The notes below the pieces were generated by a model, which made no database searches, was not told the origin of the DNA, and worked only from the letters and a program-made list of their open reading frames with translations. From the NCBI RefSeq assembly GCF_001412615.1, contig NZ_CP013011.1:810001-842000 (forward strand): DNA of 32,000 nt. The letters run 5' to 3'. Position numbers and translations under genes: made by a program. This DNA is from Pyrodictium delaneyi. Lineage in GTDB: Archaea > Thermoproteota > Thermoprotei_A > Sulfolobales > Pyrodictiaceae. Shown here in pieces: positions 1-8,272 of the stretch. Numbering within the stretch: the first letter of the stretch is position 1; each line of letters opens with the position of its first letter.

Positions 1-223
1 TGCTTACAGAGAAACGCGTTATAGGTATTCTACCCTGCCAAGGCGATATCTCCCAGCCATAGAGAAGCTAAATAGCCGACGTAGACTGCTAAGAGCGAAA
101 GACTTGCGTAGTCTAGCCTCCGGGCTGCTCAAAAGCCTGGGAATGAGGTAGTGCTTGGCTTCGCCGAGCCCCCTTGGACAAGGGCTGTGTGGAAGGGGAG
201 CGAAGCCGACCCCGCCTCACCGG

Positions 224-1102
224 CTAGCCTTGGTTCTCATGCTCCTCTTGATTTTCTCGTTCTAGTAGCTTCTGGAGGCGCTGGTACTCGCCGTTTTTCA
301 TCCCCCAGTACATGTCCTGGGCGGGGAACTGGCTGCTCCGTACCTCGCGGGCGTACGCCTCAACGGCGCCCCGTATTATCGAGGCTAGGTCGACGTAGCG
401 CTTGGCGAAGGGTGGCGGTGTTGGGGTTAGTCCTAGTAGGTCGTGGATGACAAGTACTTGGCCGTCGCAGTAGGGGCCGCTGCCGATACAGATGGTGGGC
501 ACTTGTATCCTCCTGGTTATCTCCCTGGCTACTTCCCAGGCGGTGAACTCCACGACTATCGCGAAGGCGCCTGCCTCGGCCGCTTCCTCGGCGTCGCGTA
601 TGATCTCTAGGGCCTCTTCGGCGGTCTTGCCTACTAGGCGGTAGCCTCCGAGGAGCTTGTGCTTCTGAGGCGTTAGGCCGACGTGAGCCATTACCGGGAT
701 GCCGGCGCGGCGCATCGCTTTTATCACGTCCGTGTAGAGGCTGCCGCCCTCTATCTTCACTGCGTCGGCGCCTGCTGCCAGCAACCTGCCAGCGTTCCTC
801 ACGGCCTCGGAGACAGAGGCCTCGTAGCTCATGAACGGCATGTCGCCGACTATCATTGCGCGGGGCTGGGCCCGGGCTACGGCGGCTGTATGGCGCACCA
901 TGTCCTCCATGGTTACCTGGAGGGTTGAGGGAAGCCCGAGCACAACCATGCCCAGCGAGTCGCCCACCAGGATCATGTCGACGCCGGCCTCGTCGACAAG
1001 CCGGGCGGTGGGCGTATCGTAGGCGGTAACCATTACGAGCTTCTCGCCACGCTGCTTAGCCTTCAGTATGTGGCGCACGGTGATCTTCTCCCGGCCAGCC
1101 AT
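224..1102 (-). CDS. panB: 3-methyl-2-oxobutanoate hydroxymethyltransferase (ketopantoate hydroxymethyltransferase)
   Basis: The 292-aa ORF matches PanB along its length: KLVMVTAYD, DMILVGDSLGMVVLG, VGDMPFMSY, AVKIEGG, VMAHVGLTPQ. It overlaps the upstream panE stop by 40 nt on the same strand. Confidence 0.9.
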   Translation of the reverse strand: MAGREKITVRHILKAKQRGEKLVMVTAYDTPTARLVDEAGVDMILVGDSLGMVVLGLPSTLQVTMEDMVRHTAAVARAQPRAMIVGDMPFMSYEASVSEAVRNAGRLLAAGADAVKIEGGSLYTDVIKAMRRAGIPVMAHVGLTPQKHKLLGGYRLVGKTAEEALEIIRDAEEAAEAGAFAIVVEFTAWEVAREITRRIQVPTICIGSGPYCDGQVLVIHDLLGLTPTPPPFAKRYVDLASIIRGAVEAYAREVRSSQFPAQDMYWGMKNGEYQRLQKLLERENQEEHENQG

Positions 1103-2004
1103 GGCTCTAGCAGCCTCACAACATTGTACACAGCCTTGTTCACGGGGGCCTGCGCCCCGTGCTTCTCCGCCGTCCTCCAGACAGCGCCGTTGATATAGTC
1201 TATCTCGGTCCGCCTCCCCGCGGCTACGTCTTGTAGCATGGAGGAGCAGTTGTCCCCGGTAGCATCGGCGACCCTTAGAGCCTCCTCGACCGGGTCCACG
1301 GGGAGCTCCACACCCGCGGCCGCCGCAGCCCGGCCCGTCTCAGCCGCGAGCTCCACGGCGAGCTGTCGGGCGTAAGGATTCTCCACGACCACCCGGTTCC
1401 TATCCCACGCAATCACCGTCACCGGGTTGACCGCCGCGTTGACCGCGAGCTTAGCCCAACGATACGGCTCGATGTCAGCCACGTACTCGGCGTCTAGGCC
1501 TCCCGCCAGGAGGAGCTCGACTAGCAGCCGGGCCGACGGGCTACACTGGCCGGAGACAGCACGGCAGCCGACCACTACGCGGCGGCTTCTACCGGCGAGT
1601 CGGCTATGACAGCTTCCGGGGGGCCGGTAGACACCGTAGAACGCCAATGCAGCCACGGCCCTAGAGGAGCCGTAGACACGCTCAAGCTGCTCGAGGCTTC
1701 CCAGCCCGTTCTGCATAGAGACGACCAGGCCCGGGCTCCAGCCCGCGTTGAGCGAGGCCTCTACTGCGGCTTCGAGGTCGTAGGCCTTAGTCGCGTAGAC
1801 CACTACCTCAGGCTCCAAGCCGGGAGCGGCATCCCAGCCGCAAACCTTGACTGCAGCCTCTCCCAGGCCCTCGACGGTCACCCGCTCTAGATGGCAGCCG
1901 CTACGGCGCCTCGCAACCACAGCCACATCGGCGCCGGCGAGGGCGAGCGCTACTGTCACGGCGCTGCCGACAGCGCCGCAGCCTCCGACCACAGCCACCT
2001 TCAT
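1063..2004 (-). CDS. panE: 2-dehydropantoate 2-reductase (ketopantoate reductase, ApbA/PanE family)
   Basis: The 313-aa ORF has an N-terminal Rossmann motif (MKVAVVGGCGAVGS). The central NGLG, the C-terminal SMLQD..GRRTEIDYINGAV signature and the position next to panB fit the ApbA/PanE family. Confidence 0.8.
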   Translation of the reverse strand: MKVAVVGGCGAVGSAVTVALALAGADVAVVARRRSGCHLERVTVEGLGEAAVKVCGWDAAPGLEPEVVVYATKAYDLEAAVEASLNAGWSPGLVVSMQNGLGSLEQLERVYGSSRAVAALAFYGVYRPPGSCHSRLAGRSRRVVVGCRAVSGQCSPSARLLVELLLAGGLDAEYVADIEPYRWAKLAVNAAVNPVTVIAWDRNRVVVENPYARQLAVELAAETGRAAAAAGVELPVDPVEEALRVADATGDNCSSMLQDVAAGRRTEIDYINGAVWRTAEKHGAQAPVNKAVYNVVRLLEPWLAGRRSPCATY

Positions 2005-2014
2005 GGCTGTGCCC

Positions 2015-3016
2015 TCAGCGTCCGCGGACGAGTTCCCTAGCGTGTTCTATTAGCTGCCATGCTATCCGCCGCCTCTCCTCGCGGACCCGGCGCCTCTCTA
2101 GGTACTCCTGCATCCTCTCATCGCTCAGCACCGGGCGGCGGGGCAGCGGCTGGGGCCGACCCTGCTCGTCCACAGCCACCATTGTCGCGTAGAGCAACGC
2201 CACTGTCCTCTCTCGGTCCTCGGTCACGGGATTGTAGGCCGCCACCCTGACCGCGACCTCTAGGCTACTCCTCCCCGCCCCTGTTATCCCGGCCTCGAGC
2301 TTAACCAGGTCCCCGACTCTGGCCGGGGAGGCGAACACAACAGCGTCGAACCCCGCTGTAACCATGGCTGCACCAGTATACTCTATCGCGGGCACAGCAG
2401 CCATCTGGTCTATCTGGTAGAAGAGCCGGGAAGCATCCATCACCGTCGGTATAGTGAAGGTGTCCTCAGGCGATGTAAAGAAGTAGCTAGTCTTACGGTA
2501 AACGGCGTCAAGCGGTGCTGTTGACCCGGCTATCTCTCTCCGCTTCTCTATTAGTGGTAGCCGCGCCTCTAGCCAGTACCGATGCGCCTCAACCAGAGGC
2601 TCCGTCTCGAGGCTACACGCCGCGACCTCTACACCGTGCTCACGGGGGCGCACATTCTCATCTACAGCCACGTAGGTCTGGAGGCTGAGACTCACCGGCC
2701 GGGGCTCAGCCCCGCCTAGCGGCCTAGCCTCGGCGTAGACCAGCACGTCTAGCGTCCGCTGCGTAGAGCCCACTACCCAGGCGTAGACGTGGAGGTTCTC
2801 TCCCACGCGGCCCGGGCTAAGAATGAACAGATAGTCCATAGCGCCTAGCACGGTATAGCCCCGCGCAGCCCTCATAGACGCCATACCGCCGGCTTCAAGC
2901 ATCCAGCCGGCAAGCCTCCCGCCATGTAGCGTTCCATACCTGTTAGTATGCCGGGGGTAGATGGGGTGGAGCAGCGTGACGAGGCTCTCCTCGATACACA
3001 GCCTCCTGCCGGTCAA
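2015..3016 (-). CDS. acyl-CoA thioesterase, tandem hot-dog fold
   Basis: The first half of this 333-aa ORF carries the acyl-CoA hydrolase motif (HTNRYGTLHGGRLAGWMLEAG ... FILSPGRVGENL). The second half is a more degenerate repeat (FDAVVFASPARVGDLVKLEA). It starts at TTG 3016, with no in-frame ATG until well inside the first domain. Confidence 0.65.
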   Translation of the reverse strand: MTGRRLCIEESLVTLLHPIYPRHTNRYGTLHGGRLAGWMLEAGGMASMRAARGYTVLGAMDYLFILSPGRVGENLHVYAWVVGSTQRTLDVLVYAEARPLGGAEPRPVSLSLQTYVAVDENVRPREHGVEVAACSLETEPLVEAHRYWLEARLPLIEKRREIAGSTAPLDAVYRKTSYFFTSPEDTFTIPTVMDASRLFYQIDQMAAVPAIEYTGAAMVTAGFDAVVFASPARVGDLVKLEAGITGAGRSSLEVAVRVAAYNPVTEDRERTVALLYATMVAVDEQGRPQPLPRRPVLSDERMQEYLERRRVREERRRIAWQLIEHARELVRGR

Positions 3017-3184
3017 ACCCAGGCAACCCCGGTGTAGAGCGTAACTCGCCAGACGAAGAATCCAGCGCAGTCAAGAACCCTAAGGAGAATTCATTATACA
3101 GCATAGTGACTGGAGTCCGTGAAGAGTGGGTTGTTTTCGCCGCCTCCAGGGAAAGTGAAAACAGCCAAGGACTTGGGGCACCAC

Positions 3185-4267
3185 CTAGTGGCTCCTTGAA
3201 CTCCTGCACGGCCGTATCGAGAGAGGTGCAGAGGCTGGACGGTGGCTCCGCAGCATCAAACTGTGCTCCTGGGCTAGCTTCTCTAGCTCCCGGCGGGCCT
3301 CGTCCTCTCTACCGGGCCTGGGCACAGCTACTGTGACCTTCTTCTTGGCGTACCAGCCGAGCAGCAGCCCCATGTCTACCAGCTTGTCGAGAGACTCTAC
3401 TAGCCAGGGTGGAGCAAAGCCTGCCTCGGTGCTGAAGCCCCTGGCCTCTTCCAGGAAGCGCTCCAGGCTTGGCTCCTGGGCGAGGCGGGCGAGGCGGGGC
3501 GCGGCTAGCGTATAGAGCCGCTCGCCTAGCTCCCGGTGCATCTCGGAGGTCGTCATTCTGCCCAGCTCCAGGCTGTAAATAGTTGACACGGGGATGGGGT
3601 AGCTCGCTACCCGGGCTAGCCCCGGCGCCCCGGGTGCGAGGCGTAGCTCGAGCCCGCGGCCCAGGAACATGGCCGCGACATCGCCTAGCCCGGTGCCAGC
3701 CGCAACCTCCGCCTCGTGGGCTAGCGCAGCAGCCTCCTCCACGTTCATGCCCCGTAGTGCGGCCTCGCCCACGGCCACAGCTAGCGCCACAGCGGCCGAG
3801 GCGGCGTAACCTACAGCCAAGGGTACAGGGAGCCGGACCACGACCCGGGCCCTGGGCCCGCCTAGGAGCCTCCAGAGCGCCTCGAGGACACTAGGCACCC
3901 CATCCAGCCGGTGGCCCTCAACGTGGACCTCTGCCCCGCAGCCCACGCTGCTACATGTGTGGATCTCAGCCTCGGCTCCCGGCTCTAGAAGGAGCCCTGC
4001 TCCGAGGCTCCCTGTCTCGCGGCGTGCTGGCCTCCACAAGGGGAGCCAGATCCCGGTAACGTGTAGTGGTACGTGTACCTGGTAGATGCAGTCTTCCGGC
4101 AGCCCTGGCCACCCCAGGGCTTGCTCTCCTAGGGCTCCCCGGGCATCTATGGGTAATGGTTGCCCGTCCGCGGCCGGTATAGGGGCTAAATAGTTACACT
4201 CGATAGTAATCAAATCTGGAGAATCTGTGATGGCCCGCACATTCGCTGCTGTGACTATACTTGTCAT
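3185..4267 (-). CDS. pantoate kinase (archaeal GHMP-kinase family, PoK)
   Basis: The core resembles the Thermococcus pantoate kinase as I recall it: VPLHVTGIWLP...GSLGAGLLL, a GHMP motif VGYAASAAVALA, and AHEAEVAAGTGLGDV...LELRLAPGAPG. The start is uncertain. The ORF opens at 4360, and in-frame candidates are ATG 4267, GTG 4240 and TTG 4213. Confidence 0.7.
   Translation of the reverse strand: MTSIVTAANVRAITDSPDLITIECNYLAPIPAADGQPLPIDARGALGEQALGWPGLPEDCIYQVHVPLHVTGIWLPLWRPARRETGSLGAGLLLEPGAEAEIHTCSSVGCGAEVHVEGHRLDGVPSVLEALWRLLGGPRARVVVRLPVPLAVGYAASAAVALAVAVGEAALRGMNVEEAAALAHEAEVAAGTGLGDVAAMFLGRGLELRLAPGAPGLARVASYPIPVSTIYSLELGRMTTSEMHRELGERLYTLAAPRLARLAQEPSLERFLEEARGFSTEAGFAPPWLVESLDKLVDMGLLLGWYAKKKVTVAVPRPGREDEARRELEKLAQEHSLMLRSHRPASAPLSIRPCRSSRSH
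4187..4221 (+). promoter_or_regulatory. TAAATA box and GGAG ribosome-binding-like element upstream of the small TM ORF
   Basis: TAAATA is at 4187-4192, and GGAG at 4218-4221 lies 9 nt before ATG 4230. Both sit inside the longest pantoate kinase reading frame on the opposite strand. Confidence 0.3.
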
Positions 4268-4433
4268 ACTAACGGTAGTATTCGCTATCCTGGTGGTGTC
4301 TAATCTGAGCGATAAGGCTGGCCCGCCTACAGAGTCTACACCCGAGCAAAAGCTGTACAAAGTAGCTGAGAGGCTGGTTAAGACTCAGCAAGTTTCGAGC
4401 ATAATCGGTGGCTTGAACTACAATAATAACTAG
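4230..4433 (+). CDS. small membrane-anchored protein (one N-terminal TM helix), unknown function
   Basis: The roughly 67-aa ORF has the hydrophobic helix AAVTILVILTVVFAILVV. ATG 4230 is preceded by GGAG (4218-4221) and a TAAATA element (4187-4192) about 40 nt upstream. GC is low locally. The ORF is small and conflicts with the longest pantoate kinase models. Confidence 0.4.
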   Translation: MARTFAAVTILVILTVVFAILVVSNLSDKAGPPTESTPEQKLYKVAERLVKTQQVSSIIGGLNYNNN

Positions 4434-4515
4434 GATAGTTCCCGTCAAGCTACGGGAGGGCGAGGTAGAGAAGACTATATGGTGTATAAGGTTAAGGCTC
4501 GAGAAAAGCCGGCTT

Positions 4516-4902
4516 GTGGAGGCAGAGTTCCAGCACCCTGTGACCGGACAGCATATGAGGGCAGTAATCTGGCTGGACACGCTCCGTGTATACGCGACTG
4601 AGGACGGCGAGCTCCTTGGTATATGGCCGGAGCTCTCCTGGCCCCCAGAGGAAGCAAGACTCGATGCATCCAAGCTCTCTGTAGCGGATAGGGTAAGGGG
4701 GATACTTGCACAGAGCACCGTCTTCTCTAACCTCCTAGAGGAACCCAATACCACCATATACCTTACAGCCGTGATATACGACAAGAATCATCCAGAGGGC
4801 CTGGCGCTACTCCACGTAAACGAGGCTGGCAAGAAGTATTTGATCTCAGTCGATCTCGCAACAGGGACTATAAGGCTTACACAAGAGAATCCGCTGGGCT
4901 AA
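4516..4902 (+). CDS. hypothetical protein
   Basis: The 128-aa ORF (GTG 4516, alternative ATG 4555) has non-repetitive, protein-like composition. It follows the small TM ORF on the same strand. I recognise no family. Confidence 0.45.
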   Translation: MEAEFQHPVTGQHMRAVIWLDTLRVYATEDGELLGIWPELSWPPEEARLDASKLSVADRVRGILAQSTVFSNLLEEPNTTIYLTAVIYDKNHPEGLALLHVNEAGKKYLISVDLATGTIRLTQENPLG

Positions 4903-4968
4903 GCCTCTAGGACGCCGCCGACTAATTCCCCTAGAGGCTACCTGGCTCCTGGAGGCTGAGCCAGGAAC

Positions 4969-6255
4969 ATGGAGGGCCGTTGGGAGCCGATGCTATGGGG
5001 CCGCCTACACCCCAGCAGCGGTATTGTGGGCGAGAAGAGGGGGGATCTGGAGGGCCGCTGTATAGCTCTAGGGGTAACGGGTAGCGCTGCTATCTACCGT
5101 AGCCTGGACCTTGCCCGGCTCCTTATGCGGTATGGCGCTGTTGTACGCGTTGTCATGACCCCGGCTGCAGCTGAGCTGGTTTCGCCCACGCTCTTCGAGT
5201 GGGCTACTGGCATGCCCGCCGTAACCAAGATGACCGGCGCTATAGAGCATGTGTCGCTTGCCCGGCTCTGCGACGCTGTGCTGGTAGCCCCCGCGAGCCT
5301 CGACACAATGGCCGAGATAGTTGGCTACCGTGCCTCTACCCCGGTCTCGGCTCTCGCCCAGGAGGCTGCGGGGCTCGGAAAGCCAGTGCTACTCGTCCCG
5401 GCTATGCACCTCGGCATGTGGAGGAGGGCCTCCAGGCTAGTCGAGGAGCTGGAGAAGCAGGGCTTCTACGTCATGAGGCCCGTGCTGGAGGGGGAGCAGG
5501 CGAAGTACCCGCCGGTCGAGCTCGTCGCTTGGTGGACAGAGGCCCTGCTGGCCCGGGGCAGGGACCTCGAGGGGCTACGCGTCCTTGTAACAGCTGGGCC
5601 TACCCGGGAGCACATAGACCCCGTGAGGGTGATCACCAACCCCTCTACGGGGAAGATGGGTGTCTCCCTAGCCCTGGAGGCTGCCTGGCGGGGCGCCCGC
5701 GTAACGCTGGTTCACGGACCTTTGTGCACTGGGCTACCCCAGGGCTGGCAGGGCTACCTAGACGAGACTGTGGGCGTCGAGACGGCGGAGGAGATGAGGC
5801 GTGCCGTCCTCGAAAAGATCAGGGGTACCGATGTAGCGTTCTACGCGGCCGCCGTAGCCGACTACCGGCCCTCCAGGGCCTCGCCCGGGAAAGTGCCGAC
5901 AGAGACTGGCCGTCTAGTCCTCGAGCTCGAGCCCACTCCCAAGATAGTCGAGGAGGCAGTGAAGGCTGCTCCCCGCGCAGTCCACGTAGGCTTCGCAGCA
6001 GAGACTGCGGGGAGTGACGAGGAGCTAGAGGCCCGGGCCCGGGCTAAGCTGGAGCGCTACATGCTAGATGCGGTGGCCGCCAACAACGCGTTAGAGCCGG
6101 GCGCCGCCTTCGCTAGTGACACGAACCGCCTCATAGTTGTGACGTGGCGCGGCGGGCGGGAGGAGATACCCCGGATGCCCAAGCGGATGGTTGCCCGGCG
6201 CCTACTAGACATAGCGGCGAGGCTCCACCGGGAGGGCCCAAGGCCACGTCCCTAG
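4969..6255 (+). CDS. coaBC: bifunctional phosphopantothenoylcysteine decarboxylase / phosphopantothenate-cysteine ligase
   Basis: The 428-aa ORF starts with a flavoprotein (HFCD) domain: LGVTGSAAIY, the active-site His in AIEHVSLA, APASLDTMAEI and VPAMHLGMW. A CoaB domain follows: VLVTAGPTREHIDPVRVITNPSTGKMG, AAVADYRP, VGFAAET. Confidence 0.9.
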   Translation: MEGRWEPMLWGRLHPSSGIVGEKRGDLEGRCIALGVTGSAAIYRSLDLARLLMRYGAVVRVVMTPAAAELVSPTLFEWATGMPAVTKMTGAIEHVSLARLCDAVLVAPASLDTMAEIVGYRASTPVSALAQEAAGLGKPVLLVPAMHLGMWRRASRLVEELEKQGFYVMRPVLEGEQAKYPPVELVAWWTEALLARGRDLEGLRVLVTAGPTREHIDPVRVITNPSTGKMGVSLALEAAWRGARVTLVHGPLCTGLPQGWQGYLDETVGVETAEEMRRAVLEKIRGTDVAFYAAAVADYRPSRASPGKVPTETGRLVLELEPTPKIVEEAVKAAPRAVHVGFAAETAGSDEELEARARAKLERYMLDAVAANNALEPGAAFASDTNRLIVVTWRGGREEIPRMPKRMVARRLLDIAARLHREGPRPRP

Positions 6256-6389
6256 CATTGAGGGTCCCCTGGCGGCGTAGAGAGCGTTTATCAAAGGGTC
6301 TACACGCCTAATCCCCCTGGAGGCCGCGCCGGTGACGCCGGGCCCGTGTGCCCGGAGGAGGGTGAACCGGCGGGTCCCACCCCGAGGCC

Positions 6390-7256
6390 TCAACTCCTCG
6401 CTTCCTTTCCCCGATGCTCTCGTGACTCACTACTGTGGTTCCTTCTCTCGCTTAGCCCGACGTGTATTACCACGTCGCACCCGTGCTGGTGAAGCTCCTG
6501 CTGCAGTTCGTCGGCCAGAACGTCGGCTACGTCTGGGGGCATACCTTTCTCGGGCGCTACTATGAGGTCTCCGCTGCAGTGTCTCTCGTCTATCATGCGG
6601 AGCCGGACGCGTATAGGGTGGAGGCCGCGGAGCAGCGCCTCCCGCTCTACCAGCTCATAGAAGTGCTGCGGGGCAGCAGTGTCGGCGAATATCCTCATGA
6701 GCTTGTGGTGGGTCTCAACCGCCTCGTGGAACAGGTAGGCGAGTATAATCACGCCGCCGGCTAAGTCGTAGAGGTAGCCTATGCTGGCGCCGAGCCAGCT
6801 ACTAGCAGCTGTGACCCCGCTCTCTATCAGCTCGCTCGCGGTGAACCCGGCGTAGACCCGGAGCACGGGGTCGATATCCCTGGCTACGAGTATAGCTGCG
6901 GCGTAGAATGCACCGCCGACCAGGGCCGCCACCGTGCTACCCTCCTCAACCGTGTAGCCGCTGATACTGTACATCAGCGCCGCCGTGGAGGCACCGGCGG
7001 CGAACATGTAGGCTGAGAGGCTCGCTAGTGCGCCGCCGTACCGCAGCCTCTGATGGCCATACGGGTGGTCTTCATCGGGCGGGGCACTGGCTACGTGGAG
7101 GTACCAGAGCACAGCGGCAAGCGCGGCGATATTAGCGACACACGTGAGCGCGTCTACTAGCAGCGCGCGGCTACCGTAGAACAACGAGCCGTAGATCTTT
7201 ACAGCAGCGCCAGCGAGGCTGAGGAGTGTGACCGCGACTAGGCCCCGGTCTAGCAC
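6390..7256 (-). CDS. cation diffusion facilitator (CDF) family metal efflux transporter
   Basis: The 288-aa ORF has six predicted TM segments followed by a cytoplasmic C-terminal domain. The CDF loop signature PPDEDHPYGHQRLRYG follows TM2. Confidence 0.8.
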   Translation of the reverse strand: MLDRGLVAVTLLSLAGAAVKIYGSLFYGSRALLVDALTCVANIAALAAVLWYLHVASAPPDEDHPYGHQRLRYGGALASLSAYMFAAGASTAALMYSISGYTVEEGSTVAALVGGAFYAAAILVARDIDPVLRVYAGFTASELIESGVTAASSWLGASIGYLYDLAGGVIILAYLFHEAVETHHKLMRIFADTAAPQHFYELVEREALLRGLHPIRVRLRMIDERHCSGDLIVAPEKGMPPDVADVLADELQQELHQHGCDVVIHVGLSERRNHSSESREHRGKEARS

Positions 7257-7327
7257 TCTTACGCCCCTAGCGGCTGGACGTGTCCCTCTACCCCTTGATA
7301 AAAGCCCTGGGTGTTAAGCTCCTGCGA

Positions 7328-8071
7328 CTAGGCCCTAAGCAGGACAAGGACTGTTACGAGTAATGCTGTGAAGAATGTTAGTCGTGCAAACTCTATCCAG
7401 CCGAGCCTCTTAATCATCTTCATGTCTATCTTGGTGTTCCTAGCCGCGTTGGCTAGGAACTTTGCACTAGGCTCTATACAAGTCAGGAGGAGGATTGGCT
7501 CCTCTACGGCTGCTAGGATTGGTGCTGGCAGCCAGAGCACTAGGGGGAGAAGCGGGCTAGTCTTCCTTATCGGTAGTCTAGACTCTACATAAGCTGCAGT
7601 GCTAGCCGTATACAACATCATTAGCACGAATGCTAGTAACGTGAGCCGCGTAGGATTCCCAGCTAGTGCGGCAGAGAGTATAGCAGCATATGATAGTAGC
7701 GCAGCTCCAGCTACGTAGCCTGGTGGAGTCCTTAGCATGCCCCTTAGCCCGAGTGCCAGATAGACTGCCAATACAGGTGTATAGGCTAGTAACGCTACGA
7801 TGAGTGTATAGTCACGCCAGGCTACTGTAGCGGCAAGGTAGGGAACAGCATTCAATATAGTGATTAATGCTAGCTTACTTTTTCTACGTAGCTGTGCAGC
7901 AGTAAAGGCTGCATCAAATGTAAATATGTGAAGGAGTAAAGCGAATATCGCGAGAATTGTCCCTATAGCGTTGAGCTGCTCAGCGGTAGCTATGCCTACC
8001 AACGCACTGAAAACCATTATCCCTAGCGCGCTAGGCTCCCGTGGTGGCCGGAATAGCTCCCGGAGCACCAC
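7328..8071 (-). CDS. polytopic integral membrane protein, unknown function
   Basis: The 247-aa ORF (GTG start) is almost entirely hydrophobic helices, roughly 7-8 TM segments. It is the first gene of the low-GC block. On the coding strand a TTAAAAATAG element lies about 44 nt upstream of the start. Confidence 0.55.
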   Translation of the reverse strand: MVLRELFRPPREPSALGIMVFSALVGIATAEQLNAIGTILAIFALLLHIFTFDAAFTAAQLRRKSKLALITILNAVPYLAATVAWRDYTLIVALLAYTPVLAVYLALGLRGMLRTPPGYVAGAALLSYAAILSAALAGNPTRLTLLAFVLMMLYTASTAAYVESRLPIRKTSPLLPLVLWLPAPILAAVEEPILLLTCIEPSAKFLANAARNTKIDMKMIKRLGWIEFARLTFFTALLVTVLVLLRA

Positions 8072-8229
8072 GCCGCCCTGCCCCTCTTCACAACTGGCGT
8101 TCCCCTATGCCTATTTTTAACGCTGTGTTGAAGAGGCGTTCCGGCGTTGTAACCCCCAGTAGAGAAGCTAGTTTGACGCGGTAAGAAGCCGGGAAGCTGT
8201 TACCCGACATAAGCTTTCATGGCCTAGCT

Positions 8230-8257
8230 AAAAACATGCAGGTTTGATGCATAAAAC
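8230..8257 (-). terminator. T-rich tracts downstream of the surface protein gene
   Basis: The minus strand reads GTTTTAT and TGTTTTTAG within 45 nt after the stop codon (8273-8275). Confidence 0.35.
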
Positions 8258-8272
8258 ATTACCGCATCTGAG

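Noticed and set aside
2-150. An open frame enters from the left edge and stops at TAG 148-150 (...LPAIEKLNSRRRLLRAKDLRSLASGLLKSLGMR).
   Set aside because: It could be the 3' end of a plus-strand gene convergent with panB. Only 49 codons are visible and there is no recognisable motif, so I cannot support a call.
157-207. An imperfect long hairpin lies just downstream of the panB stop: GGCTTCGC/GCGAAGCC as the outer stem and CCCCTT/AAGGGG as the inner stem.
   Set aside because: It may be a structure between convergent genes. Archaeal termination relies on oligo-T tracts, not hairpins, and stems of this size are expected by chance in GC-rich DNA. Nothing else supports an RNA gene.
4431-4601. 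The TAG stop of the 67-aa ORF is followed by open frame containing ATG 4479 (MVYKVKAREKPA...). I considered that the 67-aa and 128-aa ORFs are a single disrupted gene.
   Set aside because: Joining them needs stop read-through plus a frameshift, and I have no homologue to guide it. The two-ORF reading is simpler, so this stays speculative.
5199-6017. A 272-aa plus-strand ORF overlaps coaBC in another frame. Many similar track ORFs exist, for example 151-450, 3583-3894, 19249-19490, 21627-22102, 22086-22382, 25826-26627, 26718-27104, 27351-27694, 29964-30371 and 30875-31479.
   Set aside because: They are Arg/Pro/Gly/Ser/Ala-rich and low in complexity. They lie entirely inside well-supported genes in alternative frames or on the opposite strand, which is typical of shadow ORFs in GC-rich DNA.
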